A stretch of DNA of 49,683 nt from an uncultured Bacilli bacterium (GTDB taxonomy: Bacteria; Bacillota_I; Bacilli_A; RF39; UBA660): NCBI GenBank assembly GCA_944336815.1, contig CALVLG010000001.1, positions 1 to 49,683 of the forward strand, read 5' to 3'. The translations under genes were made by a program, and so were the position numbers. Below the pieces are notes generated by a model, which searched no databases, was not told the origin of the DNA, and worked only from the letters and a program-made list of their open reading frames with translations. Below, in pieces: positions 27,383 to 38,134 of the stretch. Numbering within the stretch: the first letter of the stretch is position 1; each line of letters starts with the position of its first letter.

Positions 27383-29521
27383 ATGTTTCAAAATTATGGA
27401 TATGAAGTGGCTAATATTTTAAAGGATGCGGAAAAGATTCGTTATCAGTTAAAACACCCTTATGTAGGAACGGAGCATTTGTTTCTTTCTTTACTTAGAA
27501 ATGATCAAGAAATTGCTGATTGTTTTGCTTTATATGATGTAACTTACGATAATTTTAAAGATGAGTTATTAGCTTTGGTTGGGCAAGCAAGTGCATATCA
27601 AGATTTTAATTTATATACGCCGATGCTTCGTAAAGTTTTGGAACAAGCTAACGCGATGGGAAGTGAAATGAATAAGGGAAAAGTCACGGCAACAATGCTT
27701 ACTTTAGCTATTTTAGAAGAAGGTGAAGGTGTAGCTATTCGAATTCTTATGCACTTCGATGTTCCATTAGATGAAATATATTTAACTTTAAAACAAAAGT
27801 TGCTTCCAAAAAATAAACGAAATAGAAATTTAGAAGTTTATAAGATTGGGGTTTCCTTGAGTCAAAATATTTTAAAAGAAAAAACGATTGTTGGAAGAGA
27901 TAAAGAAGTATCTTTAATGATTGAAACGTTGCTTAGAAGACAAAAAAACAATCCTTTATTGATTGGAAAAGCTGGAGTTGGAAAGACAGCGTTAGTTGAA
28001 GAACTGGCACGAAGAATAAAGTATCATGAAGTACCTGAAGAGCTTTTTGATTATGAAATTGTTTTACTAGAAATGGGGGCTTTAGTCGCGGGTACTAAAT
28101 ATCGGGGGGAATTTGAAGAACGATTAAATAAAATTATTAAAGAAGTTAGACAAGAAAAAAATATTATTTTGTTTATTGATGAAATTCATTCTATGGTGAA
28201 TGCGGGCGGAGCTGAAGGAGCAATCTCGGCTGGTGATATTTTAAAACCTTATTTGGCTAGGGGGGAAATTAAAGTCATTGGGGCGACGACATTGCAAGAA
28301 TATCATGAGTTTTTAGAATGTGATAAAGCCTTAGATAGACGTTTTGAAAAAATAATGTTAAATGAACCAGACGAAGATATGATGAAAGAAATATTAGATG
28401 CTGTTTTTCCAGGATATGAAAAATATTATCATGTTTGTTTAACGGAAGAAAATAAACAAAGTTTTTTAAAATATAGTAAGTCCTATTTATTTCATAAATG
28501 TAATCCGGATAAAACAATCGATTTAATTGATTCAGTCTGTGCTCGTAAAAAAGTTAAAAACATCTCTCTTAATTATTCAGGTAATGTTCTAGAAAAAATT
28601 CAAAAGAAAAAAGAACGAAGTTTAAAAAAAGGTAATTATAAAGAGGCTTTACAAGAGGCTCAAGATGAAAATAAGTGGAAACAAGAATTAAAAAAAATAA
28701 ATAATAAAACTTATTTAACAATAGATGATGCTGATATATTAGAAGTATTAGAAAATAAGACAAATTTTTGGATTCAAAAAGATGAAAAAAAATTATTAAA
28801 AGAATTAGAAGAAAAACTAAAAAGTTCGTTATTTGGGCAAAATGAAGTAATTGAAAATCTTGTTCATTCTTTAAATTTACAGGAAGAAAAAAGTATGAGT
28901 TTTTTTCTTTTAGGTGGTAGTGGGGTTGGGAAAACAGAAACTGTTAAAATTTTTAGTGAAGTAATGAAAACTTTATTTATCCGAATTGATATGAGTGAAT
29001 ATAATACGCCAGAAAGCATTTATAAATTAATTGGGACGCCTTATGTGTATGGAAAAAATCATAATGGTTTTGTTTTTCAACAAGTGATGGAAAAACCTTA
29101 TGTGACTATTTTGTTTGATGAAATAGAGAAAGCTCATCCCAAAGTTTTAAATTTATTGTTACAGATTTTAGATGAATCTTTCGTGACAAATTCTTTTGGA
29201 GAAAAAATTTATTTTAATCATTCATTTATATTTTTAACAAGTAATGCGTTGGCAAAAGAAACAATTGGTTTTTCTAAAAAAGATATGGCAGTTGACCTAA
29301 ATGTCTTTTCAAAAGAATTTTTAGGAAGAATTGATGTTTTTCTAACTTATAACAAAATTACTAAAGATGTAGCTTTAAAGTATATAAAACAAAATTTGAA
29401 AAATTTAGATATAGATGTAGAGGCCTTGCTTTTAAAAGCCGAGATCGAAAAATATGGGATGCGTAATTTAAAAAATCAAATTGAAAGAGCAAATAAAAAA
29501 AATTCTTTATTAAATAATTAG
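27383..29521 (+). CDS. ClpC-like Clp/Hsp100 AAA+ unfoldase (short, 712 aa)
   Basis: Clp_N repeats (YVGTEHLFLSLL; TLAILEEGEGVAIRIL). AAA-1 has GKAGVGKTALVEELA and ILFIDEIH. There is a short coiled M-domain. AAA-2 has GGSGVGKTE and ILFDEIEKAHP. A ClpP-docking IGF tripeptide (ETIGFSKK) is present. Confidence 0.8.
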   Translation: MFQNYGYEVANILKDAEKIRYQLKHPYVGTEHLFLSLLRNDQEIADCFALYDVTYDNFKDELLALVGQASAYQDFNLYTPMLRKVLEQANAMGSEMNKGKVTATMLTLAILEEGEGVAIRILMHFDVPLDEIYLTLKQKLLPKNKRNRNLEVYKIGVSLSQNILKEKTIVGRDKEVSLMIETLLRRQKNNPLLIGKAGVGKTALVEELARRIKYHEVPEELFDYEIVLLEMGALVAGTKYRGEFEERLNKIIKEVRQEKNIILFIDEIHSMVNAGGAEGAISAGDILKPYLARGEIKVIGATTLQEYHEFLECDKALDRRFEKIMLNEPDEDMMKEILDAVFPGYEKYYHVCLTEENKQSFLKYSKSYLFHKCNPDKTIDLIDSVCARKKVKNISLNYSGNVLEKIQKKKERSLKKGNYKEALQEAQDENKWKQELKKINNKTYLTIDDADILEVLENKTNFWIQKDEKKLLKELEEKLKSSLFGQNEVIENLVHSLNLQEEKSMSFFLLGGSGVGKTETVKIFSEVMKTLFIRIDMSEYNTPESIYKLIGTPYVYGKNHNGFVFQQVMEKPYVTILFDEIEKAHPKVLNLLLQILDESFVTNSFGEKIYFNHSFIFLTSNALAKETIGFSKKDMAVDLNVFSKEFLGRIDVFLTYNKITKDVALKYIKQNLKNLDIDVEALLLKAEIEKYGMRNLKNQIERANKKNSLLNN

Positions 29522-29558
29522 TGTTTTTTTGGCCATATTAATTTTAGGTGAAGTATGG

Positions 29559-30299
29559 ATGGCTAAAAAGTATAGTACAATAAGTTTTGGTTTAGTAACG
29601 ATACCGGTTTTGTTTTCTGCTGCGGTTAAAGAAGATGACATTTCTTTTCATCAGTATCATAAAAAATGTTTAGAAAGAGTTATTTATCAAAAATATTGTC
29701 CACATTGTCGGAAAACGTTAAAAGATAGTGAAATTGTTAAAGGCTATGAAGATGAAGGTGTTTTTGTTTCTTTTGATAAAAAAGAATTAGATAATTTAAA
29801 ACCAGAAAATGATGGTGAGATAGAAATTGTTTCTTTTATTCCTTTAGCGGAAGTAGATAGTCGTTATTATGATAAAACTTATTATTTATATCCAGCTAAG
29901 AAAAGTAAAGCCTATTCGCTTTTTTTAGAAACGTTAAAAAAAGAAAAGTGTGGGGCTTTATGTAAGGTTGTTTTGTTTAATAAGTTTTATTATGCTCTTA
30001 TACAAAGTAGGGCCAATTATTTTCTTTTAACTACTTTATATTTTGCTTCAGAAATAAAAGAGTTGCCCGAAATAAGTGAGACAAAGTTTTCTAAAGCCGA
30101 AATGGAATTAGCTCATGAATTAATTAGAAAGATGAAGGGTCATTTCACGCCAACTAAATATAAGGATATATATAAAGAAAGTGTTTTAAAAGCGATTGAA
30201 GCAAAAATGGCTGGTAAGAAGGTTACTAAAAAGAAAAGAAAAAATAAAAAAGAAATTGCTTCTTTAATGGAGGCGTTAGAAAAGAGTTTGAAAGCATGA
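29559..30299 (+). CDS. ku: Non-homologous end-joining protein Ku
   Basis: The N-terminus ISFGLVTIPV and the motifs GYE...V and DKTYYLYP match bacterial Ku. It has a basic C-terminal tail (KKVTKKKRKNKK). ATG at 29559 follows AGGTGAAG. Confidence 0.85.
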   Translation: MAKKYSTISFGLVTIPVLFSAAVKEDDISFHQYHKKCLERVIYQKYCPHCRKTLKDSEIVKGYEDEGVFVSFDKKELDNLKPENDGEIEIVSFIPLAEVDSRYYDKTYYLYPAKKSKAYSLFLETLKKEKCGALCKVVLFNKFYYALIQSRANYFLLTTLYFASEIKELPEISETKFSKAEMELAHELIRKMKGHFTPTKYKDIYKESVLKAIEAKMAGKKVTKKKRKNKKEIASLMEALEKSLKA

Positions 30300-31084
30300 A
30301 AAGGATGTTTCAAACTTTTTTAAAACCAATGTTACTTTATGAAGAAAAAAGGTTTGTTTTTTCAAATGATTATTTATATGAGATAAAGTATGATGGTGTG
30401 CGAGCTTTAGTATATGTTAGTCCGACTTTTTTTAAAGTGGTTAGTCGTAATGGTAGAGATATTACGAAATATTTTTTAGAACTTAAAAGTTTGCAGAAGT
30501 TGGTAAATAAAGAAATTATTTTTGATGGTGAACTTATCGCGTTTAAAAACAATAAACCATGCTTTTATGAAATTATGAAAAGGGTTAGAGGAAATAAAAA
30601 TATTCCTTTTTTATATATGGCCTTTGATCTTTTATATGAGGGATCGTCTTTATTAGATTATCCGTTAGAAAAACGAAAGAAGAAGTTAGCTAAATATCAT
30701 AATACGTCTTTTTTTCGAGTGGTACCTATTTATAAAAAAGGAAAAGTTTTGTTTGAAAAAGTTAAAAAGTTAGGGTTAGAAGGGATAGTTTGTAAAGCTA
30801 AAAATAGTTTATATCAAGTTGGACGTCGGTCTTATGATTGGGTAAAGGTAAAAAATATTCAAAGAGATGTTTTTTATGTGGCTAATTATTTATTTAAAGA
30901 TAATTATATTATTTTGGATTTAGCTGAGAAAAAGAAAAGTTTTTGTTTTGTTGGGAAAGTGGCCGTTTTAAAAAGTAAAGTTAAAAGAAAGATTATTCCT
31001 TATCAAACAAGATGTTATGTAAAGTATTTAGAAAGAACATCAACTTCCTATTTAAGGCAGCCTGTTTTTGAAAGATTTGTTTAA
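30296..31084 (+). CDS. ligD: ATP-dependent DNA ligase, minimal LigD-type ligase domain only
   Basis: Motif I is EIKYDGVR, motif III FDGELIA, motif IV MAFDLLY and motif V EGIVCKAK...WVKVK. It is only 262 aa, with no polymerase or phosphoesterase domains. Its start overlaps the ku stop (ATGA). Confidence 0.8.
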   Translation: MKRMFQTFLKPMLLYEEKRFVFSNDYLYEIKYDGVRALVYVSPTFFKVVSRNGRDITKYFLELKSLQKLVNKEIIFDGELIAFKNNKPCFYEIMKRVRGNKNIPFLYMAFDLLYEGSSLLDYPLEKRKKKLAKYHNTSFFRVVPIYKKGKVLFEKVKKLGLEGIVCKAKNSLYQVGRRSYDWVKVKNIQRDVFYVANYLFKDNYIILDLAEKKKSFCFVGKVAVLKSKVKRKIIPYQTRCYVKYLERTSTSYLRQPVFERFV

Positions 31085-31140
31085 TTATTATATCCTATTA
31101 TTTATAGGGTATTTTTTTTGTTTAAAATGTTAATTTTTAC

Positions 31141-31169
31141 TTGCATTTTACATGTTTCTCGTGTAAAAT
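31141..31169 (+). promoter_or_regulatory. SigA-type promoter of the S10 operon
   Basis: TTGCAT (31141-31146), a 17-nt spacer and TAAAAT (31164-31169). It is followed by a roughly 120-nt, comparatively GC-rich leader. Confidence 0.55.
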
Positions 31170-31293
31170 TGATTTCGTATGACGGCTGTGATGTGTGAAG
31201 TTACTGATACACTTGGCGGTGTTGCTGGGTTTAAGCAGAGAATTTACATGGAGCAAGTCTATACAAGATATAGGCGAAAGGAGGACATTTGTT

Positions 31294-31602
31294 ATGTCAA
31301 AAAACAAGGTTCGTATCAATTTGAAAGCTTTTGATTCTAAAGTTTTAGATTTAGCAGCTGGTAAAATTGTGGAAACTGTTAAAAGATTAGGAGGTACTGT
31401 TTCTGGACCTGTTCCTCTTCCAACGGAAATTGAAAGAGTTACAGTTTTAAGAGCTGTGCATAAGTACAAAGATGCTCGTGAGCAATTTGAAAGTCGTACT
31501 CACAAGAGACTTATCGACATACTAGATCCTAGCAAAGAAGTTGTTGATGCTTTAACAAGACTTGATTTACCAAGTGGTGTTGACATTAATATTAAATTAT
31601 AA
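31294..31602 (+). CDS. rpsJ: 30S ribosomal protein S10
   Basis: [19 protein letters not shown]... follows AAAGGAGGA. The track ORF's upstream extension (from 31195) is leader sequence, not coding. Confidence 0.95.
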   Translation: MSKNKVRINLKAFDSKVLDLAAGKIVETVKRLGGTVSGPVPLPTEIERVTVLRAVHKYKDAREQFESRTHKRLIDILDPSKEVVDALTRLDLPSGVDINIKL

Positions 31603-31622
31603 TAAGGAAAGGAAAAGAGAAA

Positions 31623-32387
31623 ATGAAAGGAATCTTAGGACGCAAGGTTGGCATGACCCAAGTTTTCAGTAAAGATGGTAAACTTATTCCAGTTACAGTA
31701 GTAAGTGTTCCAGAAAATACGGTAATGCAAGTTAAAACACTTGATAAAGATGGGTATAATGCTGTTCAACTTGGCGTATTTGACAAAAAAGAAAAAAATT
31801 CTAGTCGTGCATGTGTTGGTCACGCGAAAAAAGCAAACACGACTCCTAAGCGCTTCTTGAAAGAAATTCGCGATTGTGAAGGTAACTATCAAGTTGGAGA
31901 TAAGATAAGCGCACTTTGTTTTGAAGTTGGAGACATTGTTGATGTTACAGGAACAAGTAAAGGAAAAGGCTTTGCCGGTTCTATTAAAAGACATGGTCAA
32001 CAAAGAGGACCTACGACACACGGTTCTAACTATCACCGTGGACCAGGATCTCTTGGTACAATGCTTCCAAAAAGAGTATTAAAGGGTAAAAATTTACCAG
32101 GACACATGGGTAGCGAAACTGTTACTGTTCAAAATCTTGAAATTATCGAAGTAAATGATAAAGAAGGATACATTTTAGTAAGTGGTAATGTACCTGGAGC
32201 TAAAAATAGCATGATTTTAATTAAGAGTGCTGTTAAAAATAACCGTAAGAAAAATCCAAAAGAAATAATTTCTTTTGTTAGCGAAACGGTTGTTGACGAA
32301 GTTGAAGAAGTAAAAGATGCTACTAGTGAAGAAGTTGTGGAAGAAGTAGAACAAGAAGAAACTAACACAACTGAGGAATCTAAATAG
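31623..32387 (+). CDS. rplC: 50S ribosomal protein L3 (with acidic C-terminal extension)
   Basis: [15 protein letters not shown]... and [12 protein letters not shown]. Confidence 0.95.
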   Translation: MKGILGRKVGMTQVFSKDGKLIPVTVVSVPENTVMQVKTLDKDGYNAVQLGVFDKKEKNSSRACVGHAKKANTTPKRFLKEIRDCEGNYQVGDKISALCFEVGDIVDVTGTSKGKGFAGSIKRHGQQRGPTTHGSNYHRGPGSLGTMLPKRVLKGKNLPGHMGSETVTVQNLEIIEVNDKEGYILVSGNVPGAKNSMILIKSAVKNNRKKNPKEIISFVSETVVDEVEEVKDATSEEVVEEVEQEETNTTEESK

Positions 32388-32409
32388 AATCATAGAAAGG
32401 AAATGAAAA

Positions 32410-33039
32410 ATGGCAAAATTAGAAGTTAAAAATTTAAAAGCTGAAAAAGTACGCGACATCACTTTAAATGATTCTGTTTGGAAAAATGAAGTACATGAAG
32501 ATTCTTTAAAGAAGATGATTCGTTTACAAATGGCTGCTACTCGCCAAGGAACACAAAAGACAAAAAATCGTAGTGAAGTTTCTGGTGGTGGAAGAAAGCC
32601 TTGGAGACAAAAAGGAACAGGTCGGGCTAGACAAGGTTCTACTCGTGCTGTTCAATGGGTAGGTGGCGGAAGAGCTCATGCTATTTCTCCACGTGATTAT
32701 GGTTTTAAAATTAACCGTAAAGAAAGAGTTTTAGCTTTACAAAGCGCTTTAGCAGATAAATTAGCTAATAAAGCAGTTGTTGTTTTTGAAAACTTGAATT
32801 TAGCAAGTTTAAAAACAAAAGATGTTAAAGACATGATTAAAAAAGCTAAATTAGAAGGAAAAATTTTATTTGTAACAGCAGAAGATTGTGAAAACTTATT
32901 TATGGCTTGCCGTAATTTAGGTTATGCTTATCACATTTTAGCAGATGAAATTAATGTTTTAGATATTGTTAATGCTGATACTTTAGTTTTAGATGAAGCT
33001 GCTGTTAAAGTAATTGAGGAGGGTATCTCACATGCGTAA
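32410..33039 (+). CDS. rplD: 50S ribosomal protein L4
   Basis: SGGGRKPWRQKGTGRARQGS motif. Confidence 0.95.
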   Translation: MAKLEVKNLKAEKVRDITLNDSVWKNEVHEDSLKKMIRLQMAATRQGTQKTKNRSEVSGGGRKPWRQKGTGRARQGSTRAVQWVGGGRAHAISPRDYGFKINRKERVLALQSALADKLANKAVVVFENLNLASLKTKDVKDMIKKAKLEGKILFVTAEDCENLFMACRNLGYAYHILADEINVLDIVNADTLVLDEAAVKVIEEGISHA

Positions 33040-33304
33040 TCCAGATATTATTTTAGGCCCAGTTATTACAGAAAAAAGTATCGGGGGCAATCAAAATGGT
33101 GTGTATGTTTTTAAAGTAGATAAGAAAGCAACAAAAACACAAATTAAAAGTGAAATTGAACGTCATTTTGGTGTTAAAGTTGTGAATGTTAATACTTTAA
33201 ATACAAAAGCTAAAGACCGTCGTGTTGGAAGATACACTGGTAAAACAAAAACATATAAGAAAGCAATTGTAACCTTAGCACAAGGTTCATCAATTGAAAT
33301 GTAA
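33032..33304 (+). CDS. rplW: 50S ribosomal protein L23
   Basis: [16 protein letters not shown]... The ATG at 33032 is preferred over the longer track ORF. Confidence 0.9.
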   Translation: MRNPDIILGPVITEKSIGGNQNGVYVFKVDKKATKTQIKSEIERHFGVKVVNVNTLNTKAKDRRVGRYTGKTKTYKKAIVTLAQGSSIEM

Positions 33305-33318
33305 GGAGGGAATTTGTA

Positions 33319-34149
33319 ATGGCTATTAAGAAGTTTAAACCTACTACCAATGGTCGTAGAGGAATGTCTACTTTAACAAATGAAGAAATTACGACTTCAA
33401 CTCCTACTAAATCATTACTTAAAAAAGCTCGTAAAACTGGTGGACGTAATAATCAAGGTAAACTTACTGTTCGTCACATTGGGGGAGGAGCAAAAAGAAA
33501 ATATAGAGTAATTGATTTCAAAAGAAATAAAATTGGTGTTACTGGACGTGTAGCAAGTATTGAATACGATCCAAACCGTAATGCAAATATTGCATTAATC
33601 AATTATTTAGATGGTGATAAGAAATACATTATCGCTCCTAAAGGATTAAAAGTTGGCATGATAATTGAAAATGGGGAAAATGCTGATATTAAAGTTGGTA
33701 ATGCTTTACCATTAAAAAACATTCCAGTTGGTACTGTTGTTCATTGCCTTGAACTTAATCCTGGTAGTGGTGCTAGCCTTTGTCGTAGTGCGGGTACTTC
33801 TGCTCAAATTTTAGGAAGAGAAGACAAATATGTTATGGTTCGTTTACAATCTGGTGAAACAAGAAAAATCTTAGGAAATTGTATAGCAACTATTGGTGTA
33901 GTTGGTAATGAAGATTTTGAACTTGTAAACATTGGTAAAGCTGGACGAACAAGACACATGGGTGTAAGACCTACTAACCGTGGTAGTGCAATGAACCCTA
34001 ATGACCATCCACATGGTGGTGGTGAAGGACGCGCGCCTATTGGTCGTAAGAGTCCAATGACACCTTGGGGTAAACCTGCTCTTGGTTATAAAACTAGAAA
34101 AAATAAGAAAGCTTCTGACAAACTTATTGTTAGTCGTAGAAAGAAATAA
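33319..34149 (+). CDS. rplB: 50S ribosomal protein L2
   Basis: [14 protein letters not shown]... and HPHGGGEGR. Confidence 0.97.
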   Translation: MAIKKFKPTTNGRRGMSTLTNEEITTSTPTKSLLKKARKTGGRNNQGKLTVRHIGGGAKRKYRVIDFKRNKIGVTGRVASIEYDPNRNANIALINYLDGDKKYIIAPKGLKVGMIIENGENADIKVGNALPLKNIPVGTVVHCLELNPGSGASLCRSAGTSAQILGREDKYVMVRLQSGETRKILGNCIATIGVVGNEDFELVNIGKAGRTRHMGVRPTNRGSAMNPNDHPHGGGEGRAPIGRKSPMTPWGKPALGYKTRKNKKASDKLIVSRRKK

Positions 34150-34161
34150 TAGGAGGGAAAT

Positions 34162-34425
34162 ATGGCAAGAAGTTTAAAAAAAGGACCTTTCGCTGATAAA
34201 CATTTATTAGATAAGGTTGAAAAATTAAATAAAGATAATAAAAAAGAAGTTATTAAGACATATTCTCGTCGTTCTACAATATTCCCTAGTTTTGTTGGAC
34301 ATACATTTGCTGTTCATAACGGGAAAGAATTTATTCCTGTTTATGTAACAGAAGAAATGGTTGGCCATAAATTAGGAGAGTTTTCTATGACTCGTAAGTT
34401 CGGCGGACATGCAGGTCAGAAGTAG
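34162..34425 (+). CDS. rpsS: 30S ribosomal protein S19
   Basis: [10 protein letters not shown]... and [13 protein letters not shown]. Confidence 0.97.
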   Translation: MARSLKKGPFADKHLLDKVEKLNKDNKKEVIKTYSRRSTIFPSFVGHTFAVHNGKEFIPVYVTEEMVGHKLGEFSMTRKFGGHAGQK

Positions 34426-34435
34426 GAGGTAGTAC

Positions 34436-34786
34436 ATGGAAACATACGCAATTCATAAAAGTGCTATGGTAGCTCCAAGAAAAGCTAGAATGACAATGGA
34501 TTTAATCCGAGGAAAAGACATTACAGCTGCTCGTGCTATCTTAGATACTACAAATACAAAATCAAGTCGTTTAATTCGTAAGGTTTTGGAAAGTGCTATT
34601 GCAAATGCTGTTAATAACAATGGCGCTAAAGAAGCTGATTTATACATTAGCGAATGTATGGTTAATCCAGGACCAGTTTTAAAAAGAATTAAATTTGCTA
34701 GTCGTGGTAATGTTGATCGTCGCGACAAAAGAACAAGTCATATTATTGTTAAAGTAAGTGATGAAAAGAAAGGAGGCAACAAATAA
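34436..34786 (+). CDS. rplV: 50S ribosomal protein L22
   Basis: [15 protein letters not shown] and TSHIIVKV. Confidence 0.95.
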   Translation: METYAIHKSAMVAPRKARMTMDLIRGKDITAARAILDTTNTKSSRLIRKVLESAIANAVNNNGAKEADLYISECMVNPGPVLKRIKFASRGNVDRRDKRTSHIIVKVSDEKKGGNK

Positions 34787-35469
34787 TGGGACAAAAAGTT
34801 AATCCTGTTGGTTACCGTTTAGGAGTTAATAAAACTTGGGATTCTAGATGGTATGCAAATAAAAAAGATTTTGGGACAACTTTAAATAAAGATATTAAAA
34901 TTCGGGAATATTTAAAGAAAAATCTTAAAGATGCCGCTGTTGCTTCTATCATCATTGATCGTAAGAAAAATCGTTTAGAAGTTACGATTAATACAGCTAA
35001 ACCTGGCATTATAATTGGCCGTGGTGGTGAAGACATTGAAAAATTACGTAAAGCATTAGCTAAAGTAGTTGGGGAAGATGTTTATGTATCAATCGTTGAT
35101 GTTTCTAAACAAGCTGATTTGAATGCGCAATTAGTTGCTGATAATATCGCAATGCAAATTGAAAATCGTGCCCCATTTAGAAGTGCACAAAAAAGAGCTA
35201 TTAGAAATACAATGAAAGCTGGGGCTAAGGGTATTAAAACTTTAGTTTCTGGGCGTTTAGGCGGTGTAGAAATGGCTCGTAGTGAAGGATACACTGAAGG
35301 AACTGTTCCTCTTCATACAATCCGGGCTAATATCGATTATGCTCAAAGTGAAGCTGATACAACTTATGGAAAAATTGGAGTTAAAGTTTGGATTTATAAA
35401 GGTGAAATTCTTCCAACAAAGAAAAATGTAAAGGAGCGTGAACAACATGTTGATGCCAAAAAGAACTAA
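34786..35469 (+). CDS. rpsC: 30S ribosomal protein S3
   Basis: [13 protein letters not shown]... and a KH domain. Confidence 0.97.
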   Translation: MGQKVNPVGYRLGVNKTWDSRWYANKKDFGTTLNKDIKIREYLKKNLKDAAVASIIIDRKKNRLEVTINTAKPGIIIGRGGEDIEKLRKALAKVVGEDVYVSIVDVSKQADLNAQLVADNIAMQIENRAPFRSAQKRAIRNTMKAGAKGIKTLVSGRLGGVEMARSEGYTEGTVPLHTIRANIDYAQSEADTTYGKIGVKVWIYKGEILPTKKNVKEREQHVDAKKN

Positions 35470-35863
35470 ATATCGTAAACAACATCGTAGAAGTTATGAA
35501 GGACACGCTAAAGGAAATACAGAATTACATTTTGGTGAATATGGTTTAATGGCAAAAGAAGGAAATTATGTAAGTGCTAGACAAATTGAAGCTGCTCGTA
35601 TTGCGATGACTCGTTATATGAAACGTGGTGGTAAAGTATTTATTAATATTTTCCCTGATATGCCTAGAACAAAGAAACCATTAGAAACTCGTCAAGGTAA
35701 AGGTAAAGGTAACGTTGAAGAATGGGTAGCTGTAGTTAAAGAAGGAAAAATCATGTTTGAAGTTTCTGGTGTTGACGAAGCAACTGCTCGTGAAGCATTA
35801 CGTTTAGCTTCTCATAAATTACCTGTGACATGTAAGTTTGTTAAAAAGGAAGGTGAAGTATAA
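35447..35863 (+). CDS. rplP: 50S ribosomal protein L16
   Basis: [14 protein letters not shown]... ATG at 35447 lies 10 nt after AAGGAG and overlaps the rpsC 3' end. Confidence 0.95.
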   Translation: MLMPKRTKYRKQHRRSYEGHAKGNTELHFGEYGLMAKEGNYVSARQIEAARIAMTRYMKRGGKVFINIFPDMPRTKKPLETRQGKGKGNVEEWVAVVKEGKIMFEVSGVDEATAREALRLASHKLPVTCKFVKKEGEV

Positions 35864-36063
35864 TGACTGCTCAAGAAATTCGTAAGATGACTGATGAAGA
35901 AATTTTAGAAAAAATTAAAGCATCTAAAAGTGAATTGTTAGATTTACGGATGCAAAATGCTAGAGGAGCATTAGAAAAACCAGTTAAAATTCATACATTA
36001 AAAAAAGATATAGCTAGAATGATGACAATTTTAAAAGAAAGAGAATTAGGAGGTAATAAATAA
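35863..36063 (+). CDS. rpmC: 50S ribosomal protein L29
   Basis: 66 aa with the ELLDLRMQ motif, at the expected operon position. Confidence 0.92.
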   Translation: MTAQEIRKMTDEEILEKIKASKSELLDLRMQNARGALEKPVKIHTLKKDIARMMTILKERELGGNK

Positions 36064-36323
36064 TGGCAGAAAAAAGAAAACAAGAACTTGTTGGTAAAGT
36101 TGTAAGTGCAAAAAATGATAAAACCATTACCGTATTAGTTGAAACTCATAAGATGCATCCTTTATATGGAAAAAGAGTTAAATATTCTAAAAAGTATGCA
36201 GCTCATGATGAAAAAAATGTTGCTAAAGTAGGAGATACAGTAAGAATTAGAGCTACAAGACCTCTATCTAAAACAAAAAGATATGAACTTGTTGAAGTTT
36301 TAGTTGAAGCTGTTATTCTATAG
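36063..36323 (+). CDS. rpsQ: 30S ribosomal protein S17
   Basis: [17 protein letters not shown]... and YAAHDE. Confidence 0.95.
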   Translation: MAEKRKQELVGKVVSAKNDKTITVLVETHKMHPLYGKRVKYSKKYAAHDEKNVAKVGDTVRIRATRPLSKTKRYELVEVLVEAVIL

Positions 36324-36333
36324 GAGGTAAACT

Positions 36334-36702
36334 ATGATAATGCAAGAATCAAGACTTAAAGTTGCTGATAATACTGGTGCTCGTGAAGTATTAGTTATCC
36401 GTCCTTTAGGTGGAAGTAAAAGAAAAAGTGCTAATATTGGTGATGTTGTTGTTTGTACTGTTAAAAAAGCCATTCCTAATGGAACTCTTAAAAAAGGAAA
36501 AGTTGTCAAAGCTGTTATCGTAAGAAGTGTTGAAGGTGTTCGTCGTGCTGATGGAAGTTATATTAAATTTGATGATAATGCTTGTGTTATTATTAAAGAT
36601 GATAAAACTCCAGTAGGTACTCGTGTATTAGGTCCAGTAGCAAGAGAACTTCGTGAAAAAGATTATATGAAGATTGTTTCTCTAGCTAGTGAGGTTATTT
36701 AG
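36334..36702 (+). CDS. rplN: 50S ribosomal protein L14
   Basis: [16 protein letters not shown]... Confidence 0.97.
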   Translation: MIMQESRLKVADNTGAREVLVIRPLGGSKRKSANIGDVVVCTVKKAIPNGTLKKGKVVKAVIVRSVEGVRRADGSYIKFDDNACVIIKDDKTPVGTRVLGPVARELREKDYMKIVSLASEVI

Positions 36703-36711
36703 GAGGTACTT

Positions 36712-36966
36712 ATGAAAATTAAAGTGAATGATCAAGTAGAAATTATTGCTGGTAAAGATAAAGGAAAAACTGGTCGTGTTTTAAAAACTTTAAGAAAAAA
36801 AGACCGTGTTGTTGTTGAAGGAATCAATATGATTAAGAAACATCAAAAACCTAATAATGCTAATGAAAATGGTGGTATTTTCGATATGGAAGCCCCTATT
36901 CATGTATCTAATGTTAAAAAAATTGAAACGAACAAGAAAGACACTAAGAAAGTTAAGAAAGATTAA
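36712..36966 (+). CDS. rplX: 50S ribosomal protein L24 (short form, 84 aa)
   Basis: [27 protein letters not shown] motif. Confidence 0.92.
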   Translation: MKIKVNDQVEIIAGKDKGKTGRVLKTLRKKDRVVVEGINMIKKHQKPNNANENGGIFDMEAPIHVSNVKKIETNKKDTKKVKKD

Positions 36967-36977
36967 GGTGGGAATTT

Positions 36978-37517
36978 ATGAGTACATTTAAAGAATTATA
37001 TAATAAGGAAATTGTTCCTGCATTAATGAAAGAATTTCATTACGATTCAGTTATGCAAGTTCCAAAACTAGAAAAAATTGTTATCAACATCGGTGTTGGT
37101 GAAGGCCATAACGATGAAAAGTATATCGAAGCTGCTTTAAAAGATTTAGAGACAATTACAGGTCAAAAACCAGTTGTAACTAAAGCTCATAAATCTATTG
37201 CAGGTTTTAAAATTCGTGAAGGACAACCTATTGGGGTTAAAGTTACTTTACGTGGTGAAAAAATGTATATTTTCTTTGAAAAACTTGTGAAGCTTGCGCT
37301 TCCACGTGTACGTGATTTTAGAGGTGTATCTAAAACAAGTTTCGATGGTCATGGAAATTATACTTTGGGAATTAAAGAACAACTTATTTTTCCAGAAATT
37401 GAATACGATAATGTATTAAAAATTCGTGGTATGGATGTTGTATTTGTTACGACAGCTAAAACAAACGAAGAAGCAAAGGCATTACTTGCACAATTTAAAA
37501 TGCCTTTCAAAGGATAG
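36978..37517 (+). CDS. rplE: 50S ribosomal protein L5
   Basis: [14 protein letters not shown]...[13 protein letters not shown]. Confidence 0.96.
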   Translation: MSTFKELYNKEIVPALMKEFHYDSVMQVPKLEKIVINIGVGEGHNDEKYIEAALKDLETITGQKPVVTKAHKSIAGFKIREGQPIGVKVTLRGEKMYIFFEKLVKLALPRVRDFRGVSKTSFDGHGNYTLGIKEQLIFPEIEYDNVLKIRGMDVVFVTTAKTNEEAKALLAQFKMPFKG

Positions 37518-37526
37518 GAGGACACT

Positions 37527-37712
37527 ATGGCAAAAACTAGTTTGAAAGTAAAACAAGCTCGTAAACCTAAATTTAGTACAAGAGCTTACACTCGTTGTGA
37601 ACGTTGTGGAAGACCTCATGGTGTTCTACGTAAATATCATTTATGCCGTATTTGCTTTAGAGAATTAGCAAATGAAGGAAAAATTCCTGGCGTAAAGAAA
37701 GCAAGTTGGTAG
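37527..37712 (+). CDS. rpsN: 30S ribosomal protein S14 type Z (zinc-binding)
   Basis: 61 aa with [20 protein letters not shown] (CxxC...CxxC). Confidence 0.95.
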   Translation: MAKTSLKVKQARKPKFSTRAYTRCERCGRPHGVLRKYHLCRICFRELANEGKIPGVKKASW

Positions 37713-37728
37713 GAAGGAGGAATTTAAT

Positions 37729-38124
37729 ATGGTACAAGACGTAATTGCTGATATGCTTACAAGAATTCGTAATGCAAATCAATTAAAATATGATAACGTT
37801 ACTGTTATTGGTACAAAAATGACTTTAGGTATTGCGGAGATTTTAAAAAGAGAAGGTTACATTAGTGATTTTGTTTATGAAAAACATTCTAATGGTGATA
37901 AACTTACTTTAACTTTAAAATATGGCGATCGTAAAGAAAGAGTTATTACTGGTTTAAAACGCATTAGTAAATCTGGTTTACGTGTATATGCTAAAGCTCA
38001 AGAAATTCCTCATGTTCTTAATGGACTTGGAATTGCAATCATTTCAACTTCTAAAGGATTAATGACAGATAAAGAAGCTAGAGAAGCTAAGTTAGGAGGC
38101 GAAGTTCTTGCCTATATTTGGTAA
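37729..38124 (+). CDS. rpsH: 30S ribosomal protein S8
   Basis: [14 protein letters not shown]... Confidence 0.96.
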   Translation: MVQDVIADMLTRIRNANQLKYDNVTVIGTKMTLGIAEILKREGYISDFVYEKHSNGDKLTLTLKYGDRKERVITGLKRISKSGLRVYAKAQEIPHVLNGLGIAIISTSKGLMTDKEAREAKLGGEVLAYIW

Positions 38125-38134
38125 GATGTGAATT

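Noticed and set aside
31137-31469. 110-aa - strand ORF, and the 31195 start of the + strand ORF upstream of rpsJ.
   Set aside because: The - strand ORF is antisense to the S10 leader and rpsJ. The + strand extension has no RBS. Canonical S10 begins at MSKNKVRI (31294), right after AAAGGAGGA.
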